Below the pieces are notes generated by a model. That model saw only the letters and a list, made by a program, of their open reading frames with translations, was not told where the DNA came from and searched no databases. A stretch of 64,000 bases of DNA, taken from Eledone cirrhosa (taxonomy: Eukaryota). The position numbers and the translations under genes are program-made. The stretch is taken from contig OZ024741.1 of assembly GCA_964016885.1 (NCBI GenBank), positions 265,980,001-266,044,000 of the forward strand, read 5' to 3'. Positions 34,051 to 50,759 of this stretch are shown here, piece by piece; the stretch's first letter is position 1, and each line of letters opens with the position of its first letter.

Positions 34051-37000
34051 ACACTCTCTCACACATAAACACTCTCACACACAAACACTCTCTCACACAC
34101 AAACACTCTCTCACACACAAACACTCTCTCACACACAAACACTATCTCACACACAAACACTCTCTCACACACAAACACTCTCTCACACACAAACACTCTC
34201 TCACACACAAACACTCTCTCACACACAAACACTCTCTCACACACAAACACTCCCATACACAAACACTCTCTCACACCCATACATTCTCTCACACACAAAC
34301 ACTCTCATACACAAACACTCTCATACACAAACACTCTTCTCACACACAAACACTCTCTCACACACAAACACTCTCATACACAAACACTCTCTCACACCCA
34401 AACATTCTCTCACACACAAACACTCTCATACACAAACACTCTCATACACAAACACACTTCTCACACACAAACACTCTCATACACAAACACACTCTCATAC
34501 ACAAACACTCTTCTCACACACAAACACTTTCTCACGCACAAACACTTTCTCACACACAAACACTCTCTCACACACAAACACTTTCTCACACACAAACACT
34601 CTCTCACACACAAACACTCTCATACACAAACACACTCTCACACCCAAACATTCTCTTACACACAAACACTCTCATACACAAACACTCTTCTCACACACAA
34701 ACACTCTCTCATACACAAACACACTCTCACACACAAACACTTTCTCACACACAAACACACTCTCACACCCAAACATTCTCTTACACACAAACACTCTCAT
34801 ACACAAACACTCTCTCACACACGAACACTCTCTCACACACAAACACTTTCTCACACACAAACACTCTCTCATACACCAACACACTCTCACACACAAACAC
34901 TCTCTCACACACAAACACTCTCTCACACACAAACACTCTCTCACACACAAACACTCTCTCACACACAAACACTCTCATACACAAACACTCTTCTCACACA
35001 CAAACACTCTCTCATACACAAACACTCTCTCATACACAAACACTCTCTCACACACAAACACTTTCTCACACACAAACACTCTCTCACACACAAACACTCT
35101 CTCACACACAAACACTATCTCACACACAAACACTCTCACACACACACACTCTCTTAATCACAAACACTCTCTCACACACAAACACTTTCTCACGCACAAA
35201 CACTTTCTCACACACAAACACTCTCTCACACACAAACACTTTCTCACACACAAACACTCTCTCACACACAAACACTCTCATACACAAACACACTCTCACA
35301 CCCAAACACTGTCTCACACACAAACACTCTCATACACAAACACACTCTCACACCCAAACATTCTCTTACACACAAACACTCTCATACACAAACACTCTTC
35401 TCACACACAAACACTCTCTCATACACAAACACACTCTCACGCACAAACACTTTCTCACACACAAACACTCTCTCACACACAAACACTTTCTCACACACAA
35501 ACACTCTCTCACACACAAACACTCTCATACACAAACACACTCTCACACACAAACATTCTCTCACACACAAACACTCTCATACACAAACACTCTTCTCACA
35601 CACAAACACTCTCTCACACACAAACACTCTCATACACAAACACTCTCTCACACCCAAACATTCTCTCACACACAAACACTCTCATACACAAACACTCTCA
35701 TACACAAACACACTTCTCACACACAAACACTCTCATACACAAACACACTCTCATACACAAACACTCTTCTCACACACAAACACTTTCTCACGCACAAACA
35801 TTTCTCACACACAAACACTCTCTCACACACAAACACTTTCTCACACACAAACACTCTCTCACACACAAACACTCTCATACACAAACACACTCTCACACCC
35901 AAACATTCTCTTACACACAAACACTCTCATACACAAACACTCTTCTCACACACAAACACTCTCTCATACACAAACACACTCTCACACACAAACACTTTCT
36001 CACACACAAACACACTCTCACACCCAAACATTCTCTTACACACAAACACTCTCATACATAAACACTCTCTCACACACGAACACTCTCTCACACACAAACA
36101 CTTTCTCACACACAAACACTCTCTCGTACACAAACACACTCTCACACACAAACACTCTCTCACACACAAACACTCTCTCACACACGAACACTCTCTCACA
36201 CACAAACACTCTCTCACACACAAACACTCTCTCACACACAAACACTCTCTCACACACAAACACTCTCATACACAAACCCATTCTCACACCCAAACACTCT
36301 CTCACACACAAACACTTTCTCACACACAAACACTCTCTCACACACAAACACTCTCTCACACACAAACACTCTCATACACAAACACACTCTCACACCCAAA
36401 CATTCTCTTACACACAAACACTCTCATACACAAACACTCTTCTCACACACAAACACTCTCTCATACACAAACACACTCTCACACACAAACACTTTCTCAC
36501 ACACAAACACACTCTCACACCCAAACATTCTCTTACACACAAACACTCTCACACACAAACACTCTCTCACACATAAACACTCTCACACACAAACACTCTC
36601 TCACACACAAACACTCTCTCACACACAAACACTCTCTCACACACAAACACTATCTCACACACAAACACTCTCTCACACACAAACACTCTCTCACACACAA
36701 ACACTCTCTCACACACAAACACTCTCTCACACACAAACACTCTCTCACACACAAACACTCCCATACACAAACACTCTCTCACACCCATACATTCTCTCAC
36801 ACACAAACACTCTCATACACAAACACTCTCATACACAAACACTCTTCTCACACACAAACACTCTCTCACACACAAACACTCTCATACACAAACACTCTCT
36901 CACACCCAAACATTCTCTCACACACAAACACTCTCATACACAAACACTCTCATACACAAACACACTTCTCACACACAAACACTCTCATACACAAACACAC

Positions 37001-40000
37001 TCTCATACACAAACACTCTTCTCACACACAAACACTTTCTCACGCACAAACACTTTCTCACACACAAACACTCTCTCACACACAAACACTTTCTCACACA
37101 CAAACACTCTCTCACACACAAACACTCTCATACACAAACACACTCTCACACCCAAACATTCTCTTACACACAAACACTCTCATACACAAACACTCTTCTC
37201 ACACACAAACACTCTCTCATACACAAACACACTCTCACACACAAACACTTTCTCACACACAAACACACTCTCACACCCAAACATTCTCTTACACACAAAC
37301 ACTCTCATACACAAACACTCTCTCACACACGAACACTCTCTCACACACAAACACTTTCTCACACACAAACACTCTCTCATACACCAACACACTCTCACAC
37401 ACAAACACTCTCTCACACACAAACACTCTCTCACACACAAACACTCTCTCACACACAAACACTCTCTCACACACAAACACTCTCATACACAAACACTCTT
37501 CTCACACACAAACACTCTCTCATACACAAACACTCTCTCATACACAAACACTCTCTCACACACAAACACTTTCTCACACACAAACACTCTCTCACACACA
37601 AACACTCTCTCACACACAAACACTATCTCACACACAAACACTCTCACACACACACACTCTCTTAATCACAAACACTCTCTCACACACAAACACTTTCTCA
37701 CGCACAAACACTTTCTCACACACAAACACTCTCTCACACACAAACACTTTCTCACACACAAACACTCTCTCACACACAAACACTCTCATACACAAACACA
37801 CTCTCACACCCAAACACTGTCTCACACACAAACACTCTCATACACAAACACACTCTCACACCCAAACATTCTCTTACACACAAACACTCTCATACACAAA
37901 CACTCTTCTCACACACAAACACTCTCTCATACACAAACACACTCACACACACAAACACTTTCTCACACACAAACACACTCTCACACCCAAACATTCTCTT
38001 ATACACAAACACTCTCACACACAAACACTTTCTCACACACAAACACTCTCTCATACACAAACACACTCTCTCAAACACAAACACTCTGTCACACACAAAC
38101 ACTCTCTCACACACAAACACTCTCATACACAAACCCATTCTCACACCCAAACACTCTCTCACACACAAACATTCTCTCACACACAAACACTCTCATACAC
38201 AAACACTCTCATACACAAACACACTTCTCACACACAAACACTCTCATACACAAACACACTCTCATACACAAACACTCTTCTCACACACAAACACTTTCTC
38301 ACGCACAAACATTTTCTCACACACAAACACTCTCTCACACACAAACACTTTCTCACACACAAACACTCTCTCACACACAAACACTCTCATACACAAACAC
38401 ACTCTCACACCCAAACATTCTCTTACACACAAACACTCTCATACACAAACACTCTTCTCACACACAAACACTCTCTCATACACAAACACACTCTCACACA
38501 CAAACACTTTCTCACACACAAACACACTCTCACACCCAAACATTCTCTTACACACAAACACTCTCATACATAAACACTCTCTCACACACGAACACTCTCT
38601 CACACACAAACACTTTCTCACACACAAACACTCTCTCGTACACAAACACACTCTCACACACAAACACTCTCTCACACACAAACACTCTCTCACACACGAA
38701 CACTCTCTCACACACAAACACTCTCTCACACACAAACACTCTCTCACACACAAACACTCTCTCACACACAAACACTCTCATACACAAACCCATTCTCACA
38801 CCCAAACACTCTCTCACACACAAACACTTCTCACACACAAACACTCTCTCACACACAAACACTCTCTCACACACAAACACTCTCATACACAAACACACTC
38901 TCACACCCAAACATTCTCTTACACACAAACACTCTCATACACAAACACTCTTCTCACACACAAACACTCTCTCATACACAAACACACTCTCACACACAAA
39001 CACTTTCTCACACACAAACACACTCTCACACCCAAACATTCTCTTACACACAAACACTCTCACACACAAACACTCTCTCACACATAAACACTCTCACACA
39101 CAAACACTCTCTCACACACAAACACTCTCTCACACACAAACACTCTCTCACACACAAACACTATCTCACACACAAACACTCTCTCACACACAAACACTCT
39201 CTCACACACAAACACTCTCTCACACACAAACACTCTCTCACACACAAACACTCTCTCACACACAAACACTCCCATACACAAACACTCTCTCACACCCATA
39301 CATTCTCTCACACACAAACACTCTCATACACAAACACTCTCATACACAAACACTCTTCTCACACACAAACACTCTCTCACACACAAACACTCTCATACAC
39401 AAACACTCTCTCACACCCAAACATTCTCTCACACACAAACACTCTCATACACAAACACTCTCATACACAAACACACTTCTCACACACAAACACTCTCATA
39501 CACAAACACACTCTCATACACAAACACTCTTCTCACACACAAACACTTTCTCACGCACAAACACTTTCTCACACACAAACACTCTCTCACACACAAACAC
39601 TTTCTCACACACAAACACTCTCTCACACACAAACACTCTCATACACAAACACACTCTCACACCCAAACATTCTCTTACACACAAACACTCTCATACACAA
39701 ACACTCTTCTCACACACAAACACTCTCTCATACACAAACACACTCTCACACACAAACACTTTCTCACACACAAACACACTCTCACACCCAAACATTCTCT
39801 TACACACAAACACTCTCATACACAAACACTCTCTCACACACGAACACTCTCTCACACACAAACACTTTCTCACACACAAACACTCTCTCATACACCAACA
39901 CACTCTCACACACAAACACTCTCTCACACACAAACACTCTCTCACACACAAACACTCTCTCACACACAAACACTCTCTCACACACAAACACTCTCATACA

Positions 40001-40650
40001 CAAACACTCTTCTCACACACAAACACTCTCTCATACACAAACACTCTCTCATACACAAACACTCTCTCACACACAAACACTTTCTCACACACAAACACTC
40101 TCTCACACACAAACACTCTCTCACACACAAACACTATCTCACACACAAACACTCTCACACACACACACTCTCTTAATCACAAACACTCTCTCACACACAA
40201 ACACTTTCTCACGCACAAACACTTTCTCACACACAAACACTCTCTCACACACAAACACTTTCTCACACACAAACACTCTCTCACACACAAACACTCTCAT
40301 ACACAAACACACTCTCACACCCAAACACTGTCTCACACACAAACACTCTCATACACAAACACACTCTCACACCCAAACATTCTCTTACACACAAACACTC
40401 TCATACACAAACACTCTTCTCACACACAAACACTCTCTCATACACAAACACACTCACACACACAAACACTTTCTCACACACAAACACACTCTCACACCCA
40501 AACATTCTCTTATACACAAACACTCTCACACACAAACACTTTCTCACACACAAACACTCTCTCATACACAAACACACTCTCTCAAACACAAACACTCTGT
40601 CACACACAAACACTCTCTCACACACAAACACTCTCATACACAAACCCATT
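33100..40650 (+). repeat. Three tandem copies of a ~2.51-kb higher-order repeat
   Basis: ORF-track triplets 33419/35927/38439, 34059/36567/39078, 34672/37180/39691 and 35120/37628/40139. Markers CTCTTAATCAC, CACCCATACATT, ATACACCAAC and CACTGTCTC occur once per copy. Confidence 0.9.
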
Positions 40651-43600
40651 CTCACACCCAAACAGTCTCTCACACACAAACATTCTCTCACACACAAACA
40701 CTCTCTACACACAAACACTCTCTCACACACAAACACTCTCTCACACACAAACACTCTCATACACAAACACACTCTCACACCCAAACATTCTCTTACACAC
40801 AAACACTCTCATACACAAACACTCTTCTCACACACAAACACTCTCTCATACACAAACACTCTCTCATACACAAACACTCTCTCACACACAAACACTTTCT
40901 CACACACAAACACACTCTCACACACAAACACTCTCTCACACACAAACACTATCTCACACACAAACACTCTCACACACACACACTCTCTCAAACACAAACA
41001 CTCTCTCACACACAAACACTCTCTCACACACAAACACTCTCATACACAAACCCATTCTCACAACCAAACACTCTCTCACACACAAACATTTTCTCACACA
41101 CAAACACTCTCTACACACAAACACTCTCTCACACACAAACACTCTCTCACACACAAACACACTCTCACACACAAACACTCTCTCACACACAAGCACTCTC
41201 TCACACACAAACACTCTCATACACAAACCCATTCTCACCCCCAAACACTCTCTCACACACAAACACTTTCTCACACACAAACACTCTCATACACAAACCC
41301 ATTCTCACACCCAAACACTCTCTCACACACAAACATTCTGTCACACACAAACACTCTGTGACACACAGACACTCTCTCACACACAAACACTCTCATACAC
41401 AAACACACTCTCACACCCAAACACTCTCTCACACACAAACACTCTCACACACAAACACACTCTCACACCCAAACACTCTCTCATACACAGACAGTCTCTC
41501 ATACACAAACACTCTCTCACACACAAACACTCTCTCACACACAAACACTCTCATACACAAACACTCTCATACACAAACACACTCTCACACACAAATACTC
41601 TCTCACACACAAACACTCTCTCACACACAAACACTCTCTCACACACAAATACTCTCTCACACCGGAACACTCTCTCACACCTAAACACTCTCTCACACAC
41701 AAACACTCTCTGACACACAAACACTCTCTCACACACAAACACTCTCTCACACACAAACCCTCTCATACACAAACCCATTCTCACACCCAAACACTCTCTC
41801 ATACACAAACATTCTCTCACACACAAACACTCTCTACACACAAACACTCTCTCACACACAAACACTCTCTCACACACAAACACTCTCATACACAAACCCA
41901 TTCTCACACCCAAACACTCTCTCACACACAAACACTCTCTCACACACAAACACTCTCATACACAATCCCATTCTCACACCCAAACACTCTCACACACACA
42001 AACACACTCTCACACACAAACACTCTCTCACACACAAACACTCTCTCACACACAAACACTCTCTCATACACAAACACTCTCTCACACACAAACACACTCA
42101 CAAACAAACACCCTCTCACACACAAACACTCTCTCACACACAAACACTCTCTACACACAAATACTCTCTCACACACAAACACTCTCTCACATGCAAACAC
42201 TCTCTCACACACAAACACTCTCTCACACTCAAACACTCTCTCATATACAAACACTCTCACACACAAACACTTACTCGCACACAAACAATCTCTCACACAC
42301 AAACACTATCATACACAAACGCACTCTCACACCCAAACACTCTCTCACACACAAACACTCTCATAAACAAACACTCTCTCACACATAAACACTCTCTCAT
42401 ACACAAACACTCTCACACACAAACACTCTCTCACACACAAACACTCTCATACACAAACACTCTCTCACACACAAACACTCTCACACACAAACACTCTCTC
42501 ACACACAAACACTCTCTCACACACAAACACTCTCTCACACACAAACACTATCTCACACACAAACACTCTCTCAGAGACAAACACTCTCTCACACACAAAC
42601 ACTCTCTCACACACAAACACTCTCTCACACACAAACACTCCCTTACACAAACACACTCTCACACCCAAACATTCTCACACACACAAACACTCTCATACAC
42701 AAACACTCTCATACACAAACACTCTTCTCACACACAAACACTCTCTCACACACAAACACTCGCATACACAAACACTCTCTCACACCCAAACATTCTCTCA
42801 CACACAAACACTCTCATACACAAACACTCTCATACACAAACACTCTTCTCACACACAAACACTCTCATACACAAACACACTCTCATACACAAACACTCTT
42901 CTCACACACAAACACTTTCTCACGCACAAACACTTTCTCACACACAAACACTCTCTCACACACAAACACTTTCTCACACACAAACACTCTCTCACACACA
43001 AACACTCTCATACACAAACACACTCTCACACCCAAACATTCTCTTACACACAAACACTCTCATACACAAACACTCTTCTCACACACAAACACTCTCTCAT
43101 ACACAAACACACTCTCACACACAAACACTTTCTTACACACAAACACACTCTCAACCCAAACATTCTCTTACACACAAACACTCTCATACACAAACACTCT
43201 CTCACACACAAACACTCTTCTCACACACAAACACTTTCTCACGCACAAACACTTTCTCACACACAAACACTCTCTCACACACAAACACTTTCTCACACAC
43301 AAACACTCTCTCACACACAAACACTCTCATACACAAACACACTCTCACACCCAAACATTCTCTTACACACAAACACTCTCATACACAAACACTCTTCTCA
43401 CACACAAACACTCTCTCATACACAAACACACTCTCACACACAAACACTTTCTCACACACAAACACACTCTCAACCCAAACATTCTCTTACACACAAACAC
43501 TCTCATACACAAACACTCTCTCACACACAAACACTTTCTCACACACAAACACTCTCTCATACACAAACACACTCTCACACACAAACACTCTCTCACACAC

Positions 43601-46600
43601 AAACACTCTCTCACACACAAACACTCTCTCACATGCAAACACTCTCTCACACACAAACACTCTCTCACACTCAAACACTCTCTCATATACAAACACTCTC
43701 ACACACAAACACTTACTCGCACACAAACAATCTCTCACACACAAACACTATCATACACAAACGCACTCTCACACCCAAACACTCTATCACACACAAACAC
43801 TCTCATACACAAACACTCTCTCACACATAAACACTCTCTCATACACAAACACTCTCACACACAAACACTCTCTCACACACAAACACTCTCATACACAAAC
43901 ACTCTCTCACACACAAACACTCTCACACACAAACACTCTCTCACACACAAACACTCTCTCACACACAAACACTATCTCACACACAAACACTCTCTCAGAG
44001 ACAAACACTCTCTCACACACAAACACTCTCTCACACACAAACACTCTCTCACACACAAACACTCTCTCACACACAAACACTCCCATACACAAACACACTC
44101 TCACACCCAAACATTCTCTCACACACAAACACTCTCATACACAAACACTCTCATACACAAACACTCTTCTCACACACAAACACTCTCTCACACACAAACA
44201 CTCGCATACACAAACACTCTCTCACACCCAAACATTCTCTCACACACAAACACTCTCATACACAAACACTCTCATACACAAACACTCTTCTCACACACAA
44301 ACACTCTCATACACAAACACACTCTCATACACAAACACTCTTCTCACACACAAACACTTTCTCACGCACAAACACTTTCTCACACACAAACACTCTCTCA
44401 CACACAAACACTTTCTCACACACAAACACTCTCTCACACACAAACACTCTCATACACAAACACACTCTCACACCCAAACATTCTCTTACACACAAACACT
44501 CTCATACACAAACACTCTTCTCACACACAAACACTCTCTCATACACAAACACACTCTCACACACAAACACTTTCTCACACACAAACACACTCTCAACCCA
44601 AACATTCTCTTACACACAAACACTCTCATACACAAACACTCTCTCACACACAAACACTCTCTCACACACAAACACTTTCTCACACACAAACACTCTCTCA
44701 TACACAAACACACTCTCACACACAAACACTCTCTCACACACAAACACACTCTCACACACAAACACTCTCATACACAAACACACTCTCACACCCAAACATT
44801 CTCTTACACACAAACACTCTCATACACAAACACTCTTCTCACACACAAACACTCTCTCATACACAAACACTCTCTCATACACAAACACTCTCTCACACAC
44901 AAACACTTTCTCACACACAAACACACTCTCACACACAAACACTCTCTCACACACAAACACTATCTTACACACAAACACTCACACATACACACACTCTCTC
45001 AAACACAAACACTCTCTCACACACAAACACTCTCTCACACACAAACACTCTCATACACAAACCCATTCTCACACCCAAACACTCTCTCACACACAAACAT
45101 TCTCTCACACACAAACACTCTCTACACACAAACACTCTCTCACACACAGACACTCTCTCACACACAAACACTCTCATACACAAACACACTCTCACACCCA
45201 AACACTCTCTCACACACAAACACTCTCTCACACACAAACACTCTCAAACACAAACACACTCTCACACCCAAACACTCTCTCACACACAGACACTCTCTCA
45301 TACACAAACACTCTCTCACACACAAACACTCTCTCACACACAAACACTCTCATACACAAACACTCTCTCATACACAAACACACTCACACACGCAAATACT
45401 CTCTCACACACAAACACTCTCTGACACACAAATACTCTCTCACACCGGAATACTCTCTCACACCCAAACACTCTCTCACACACAAACACTCTCTCACACA
45501 CAAACCCTCTCATACACAAACCCATTCTCACACCCAAACACTCTCTCACACACAAACATTCTCTCACACACAAACACTCTCTACACACAAACACTCTCTC
45601 ATACACAAACACTCTCTCACACACAAACACTCTCTCACACACAAACACTCTCATACACAAACCCATTCTCACACCCAAACACTCTCTCACACACAAACAT
45701 TCTCTCACACACAAACACTCTCTGACACACAGAGACTCTCTCACACACAAACACTCTCATACACAAACACACTCTCACACACAAACACTCTCGCACACAC
45801 AAACACTCTCACACACAAACACACTCTCACACCCAAACACTCTCTCACACACAGACACTCTCTCATACACAAACACTCTCTGACACACAAACACTCTCTC
45901 ATACACAAACACTCTCATACACAAACACTCTCTCATACACAAACACACTCTCACACACAAATACTCTCTCACACACAAACACTCTCTCACACACAAATAC
46001 ACTCTCACACACAAACACTCTCTCACACACAAACACTCTCTACACACAAATACTCTTTCACACACAAACACTCTCTCACATGCAAACACTCTCTCACACA
46101 CAAACACTCTCTCACACTCAAACACTCTCTCACATACAAACACTCTCTCACACACAAACACTTACTCGCACACAAACAATCTCTCACACACAAACACTCT
46201 CATACACAAACGCACTCTCACACCCAAACACTCTCTCACATACAAACACTCTCATACACAAACACTCTCTCACACATAAACACTCTCTCATACACAAACA
46301 CTCTCATACACAAACACACTCTCACACCCAAACACTCTCTCACACACAAACACTCTCTCACACACAAACACTCTCACACACAAACACACTCTCACACCCA
46401 AACACTCTCTCACACACAGACACTCTCTCATACACAAACACTCTCTCACACACAAACACTCTCTCACACACAAACACTCTCATACACAAACACTCTCTCA
46501 TACACAAACACACTCTCACACACAAATACTCTCTCACACACAAACACTCTCTCACACACAAATACTCTCTCACACCGGAACACTCTCTCACACCCAAACA

Positions 46601-49074
46601 CTCTCTCACACACAAACACTCTCTGACACACAAACACTCAATGACACACAAACACTCTCTCACACACAAACCCTCTCATACACAAACCCATTCTCACACC
46701 CAAACACTCTCTCACACACAAACATTCTCCCACACACAAACACACTCTACACACAAACACTCTCTCACACACAAACACTCTCTCACACACAAACACTCTC
46801 ATACACAAACCCATTCTCACACCCAAACACTCTCTCACACACAAACATTCTCTCACACACAAACACACTCTGACACACAGAGACTCTCTCACACACAAAC
46901 ACTCTCATACACAAACACACTCTCACACCCAAACACTCTCTCACACACAAACACTCTCTCACACACAAACACTCTCACACACAAACACACTCTCACACCC
47001 AAACACTCTCTCACACACAGACACTCTCTCATACACAAACACTCTCTCACACACAAACACTCTCTCACACACAAACACTCTCATACACAAACACTCTCTC
47101 ATACACAAACACACTCTCACACACAAATACTCTCTCACACTCAAACACTCTCTCACACACAAATACTCTCTCACACACAAACACCCTCTCACACACAAAC
47201 ACTCTCTCACACACAAACACTCTCTACACACAAATACTCTTTCACACACAAACACTCTCTCACATGCAAACACTCTCTCACACACAAACACTCTCTCACA
47301 CTCAAACACTCTCTCACATACAGACACTCTCTCACACACAAACACTTACTCGCACACAAACAATCTCTCACACACAAACAATCTCATACACAAACGCACT
47401 CTCACACCCAAACACTCTCTCACACACAAAAACTCTCATACACAAACACTCTCTCACACATAAACATTCTCTCATACACAAACACTCTCACACACAAACA
47501 CTCTCTCACACACAAACACTCTCTCAAACACAAACACTCTCTCAAACACAAACACTCTCACACACAAACACTCTCTCACACACAAACACTTTCTCACACA
47601 CAAACACTCTCTCACACACAAACACTATCTCACACACAAACACTCTCTCAGAGACAAACACTCTCTCACACACAAACACTCTCTCACACACAAACACTCT
47701 CTCACACACAAACACTCTCTCACACACAAACACTCTCATACACAAACACACTCTCACACCCAAACATTCTCTCACACACAAACACTCTCATACACAAACA
47801 CTCTCACACACAAACACTCTCTCATACACAAACACTCTCACACACAAACACTCTCTCACACACAAACACTCTCTCACACACAAACACTCTCATACACAAA
47901 CACTCTCATACACAAACACTCTTCTTACACACAAACACTCTCTCACACACAAACACTCTCATACACAAACACTCTCTCACACCCAAACATTCTCTCACAC
48001 ACAAACACTCTCATACACAAACACTCTCATACACAAACACTCTTCTCACACACAAACACTCTTTCACACTCAAGCACTCTCATACACAAACACACTCTCA
48101 CACCCAAACATTCTCTCACACACAAACACTCTCATACACAAACACTCTCACACACAAACACTCTCTCATACACAAACACTCTCACACACAAACACTCTCT
48201 CACACACAAACACTCTCTCACACACAAACACTCTCTCACACACAAACACTCTCACACACAAACACTCTCTCACACACAAACACTCTCTCACACACAAACA
48301 CTCTCTCACACACAAACACTATCTCACACACAAACAATCTCTCAGAGACAAACACTCTCTCACACACAAACACTCTCTTACACACAAATACTCTCTCACA
48401 CACAAAGACTCTCTCACACACAAACACTCTCATACACAAACACACTCTCACACCCAAACAATCTCTCACACACAAACACTCTCATACACAAACACTCTCA
48501 TACACAAACACTCTTCTCACACACAAACACTCTCTCACACACAAACACTCTCATACACAAACACTCTCTCACACCCAAACATTCTCTCACACACAAACAC
48601 TCTCATACACAAACACTCTCATACACAAACACTCTTCTCACACACAAACACTCTCTCATACACAAACACACTCTCACACACAAAGACTTTCTCACACACA
48701 AACACACTCTCACACCCAAACATTCTCTTACACACAAACACTCTAATACACAAACACTCTCTCACACACAAACACTCTCTCACACACAAACACTTTCTCA
48801 CACACAAACACTCTCTCATACACAAACACAGTCTCACACACAAACACTCTCTCACACACAAACACTCTCTCACACACAAACACTCTCATACACAAACACA
48901 CTCTCACACCCAAACATTCACTTACACACAAACACTCTCATACACAAAAACTCTTCTCACACACAAACACTCTCTCATACACAAACACACTCTCACACAC
49001 AATCACTCTCTCACACACAAGCACTATCTCACACACAAACATTCTCTCACACACAAACACTCTCTCACACAGAA

Positions 49075-50520
49075 ACACTCTCATACACAAACCCATTCTC
49101 ACACCCAAACACTCTCTCACACACAAACATTCTCTCACACACAAACACTCTCTACACACAAATACTCTCTCACACACAAACACTCTCTCACACACAAACA
49201 CTCTCATACACAAACCCATTCTCACACCCAAACACTCTCTCACACACAAACATTCTCTCACACACAAACACTCTCTACACACAAACACTCTCTCACACAC
49301 AAACACTCTCATACACAAACTCATTCTCACACCCAAACACTCTCTAACACACAAACATTCTCTCACACACAAACACTCTCTACACACAAACACTCTCTCA
49401 CACACAAACACTCTCACACACAAACCCATTCTCACACCCAAACACTCTCTCACACACAAACTTTCTCTCACACACAAACACTCTCTACACACAAACACTC
49501 CCTCACACACAAACACTCTCATACACAAACCCATTCTCACACCCAAACACTCTCTCACACACAAACATTCCCTCACACACAAACACTCTCTACACACAAA
49601 CACTCTCTCACAGACAAACACTCTCATACACAAACCCATTCTCACAACCAAACACTCTCTCACACACAAACATTCTCTCACACACAAACACTCTCTACAC
49701 ACAAACACTCTCTCACACACAAACACTCTCATACACAAACCCATTCTCACACCCAAACACTCTCTCACACACAAACATTCTCTCACACACAAACACTCTC
49801 TACACACAAACACTCTCTCACACACAAACACTCTCTCACACACAAACACTCTCACACACAAACCCATTCTCACACCCAAACACTCTCTCACACACAAATA
49901 TTCTCTCACACACAAACACTCTCTACACACAAACACTCTCTCAGACACAAACACTCTCATACACAAACCCATTCTCACACCCAAACACTCTCTCACACAC
50001 AAACTTTCTCTCACACACAAACACTCTCTACACACAAACACTCTCTCACACACAAACACTCTCATACACAAACCCATTCTCACACCCAAAAACTCTCTCA
50101 CACACAAACTTTCTCTCACACACAAACACTCTCTACACACAAACACTCTCTCACACACAAACACACTCATACACAAACCCATTCTCACACCCAAACACTC
50201 TCTACACACAAACACTCTCTCATACACAAACACTCTCATACACAAACCCATTCTCACACCCAAACACTCTCTCACACACAAACATTCTCTCACACACAAA
50301 CACTCTCTACACACAAACACTCTCATACACAAATCCATTCTCACACCCATACACTCTCTCACACACAAACTTTCTCTCACACACAAACACTCTCTACACA
50401 CAAACACTCTCTCACACACAATCACTCTCATACACAAACCCACTCTCACACCCAAACACTCTCTCACACACAAACATTCTCTCACACACAAACACTCTCT
50501 ACACACAAACACTCTTTCAC
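49075..50520 (+). repeat. 105-bp six-monomer higher-order repeat, about 13-14 units
   Basis: CCCATTCTC-type marker at ~49092, 49215, 49320, 49425, 49530, 49635, 49740, 49863, 49968, 50073 and 50178. Spacing is 105, or 123 when one extra 18-mer is present. Confidence 0.88.
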
Positions 50521-50759
50521 ACACAAACACTCTCTCACACACAAACACTCTCTCACACACAAACACTCTCATACACAAACCCACTCTCACACCCAAACAC
50601 TCTCTCACACACAAACATACTGTCACACACAAACACTCTCTCACACACAAACACTCTCTCACACACAAACACTCTCATACACAAACCCACTCTCACACCC
50701 AAACACTCTCTCACACACAAACACTCTCTCACACACAAACACTCTCATACACAATCCCA

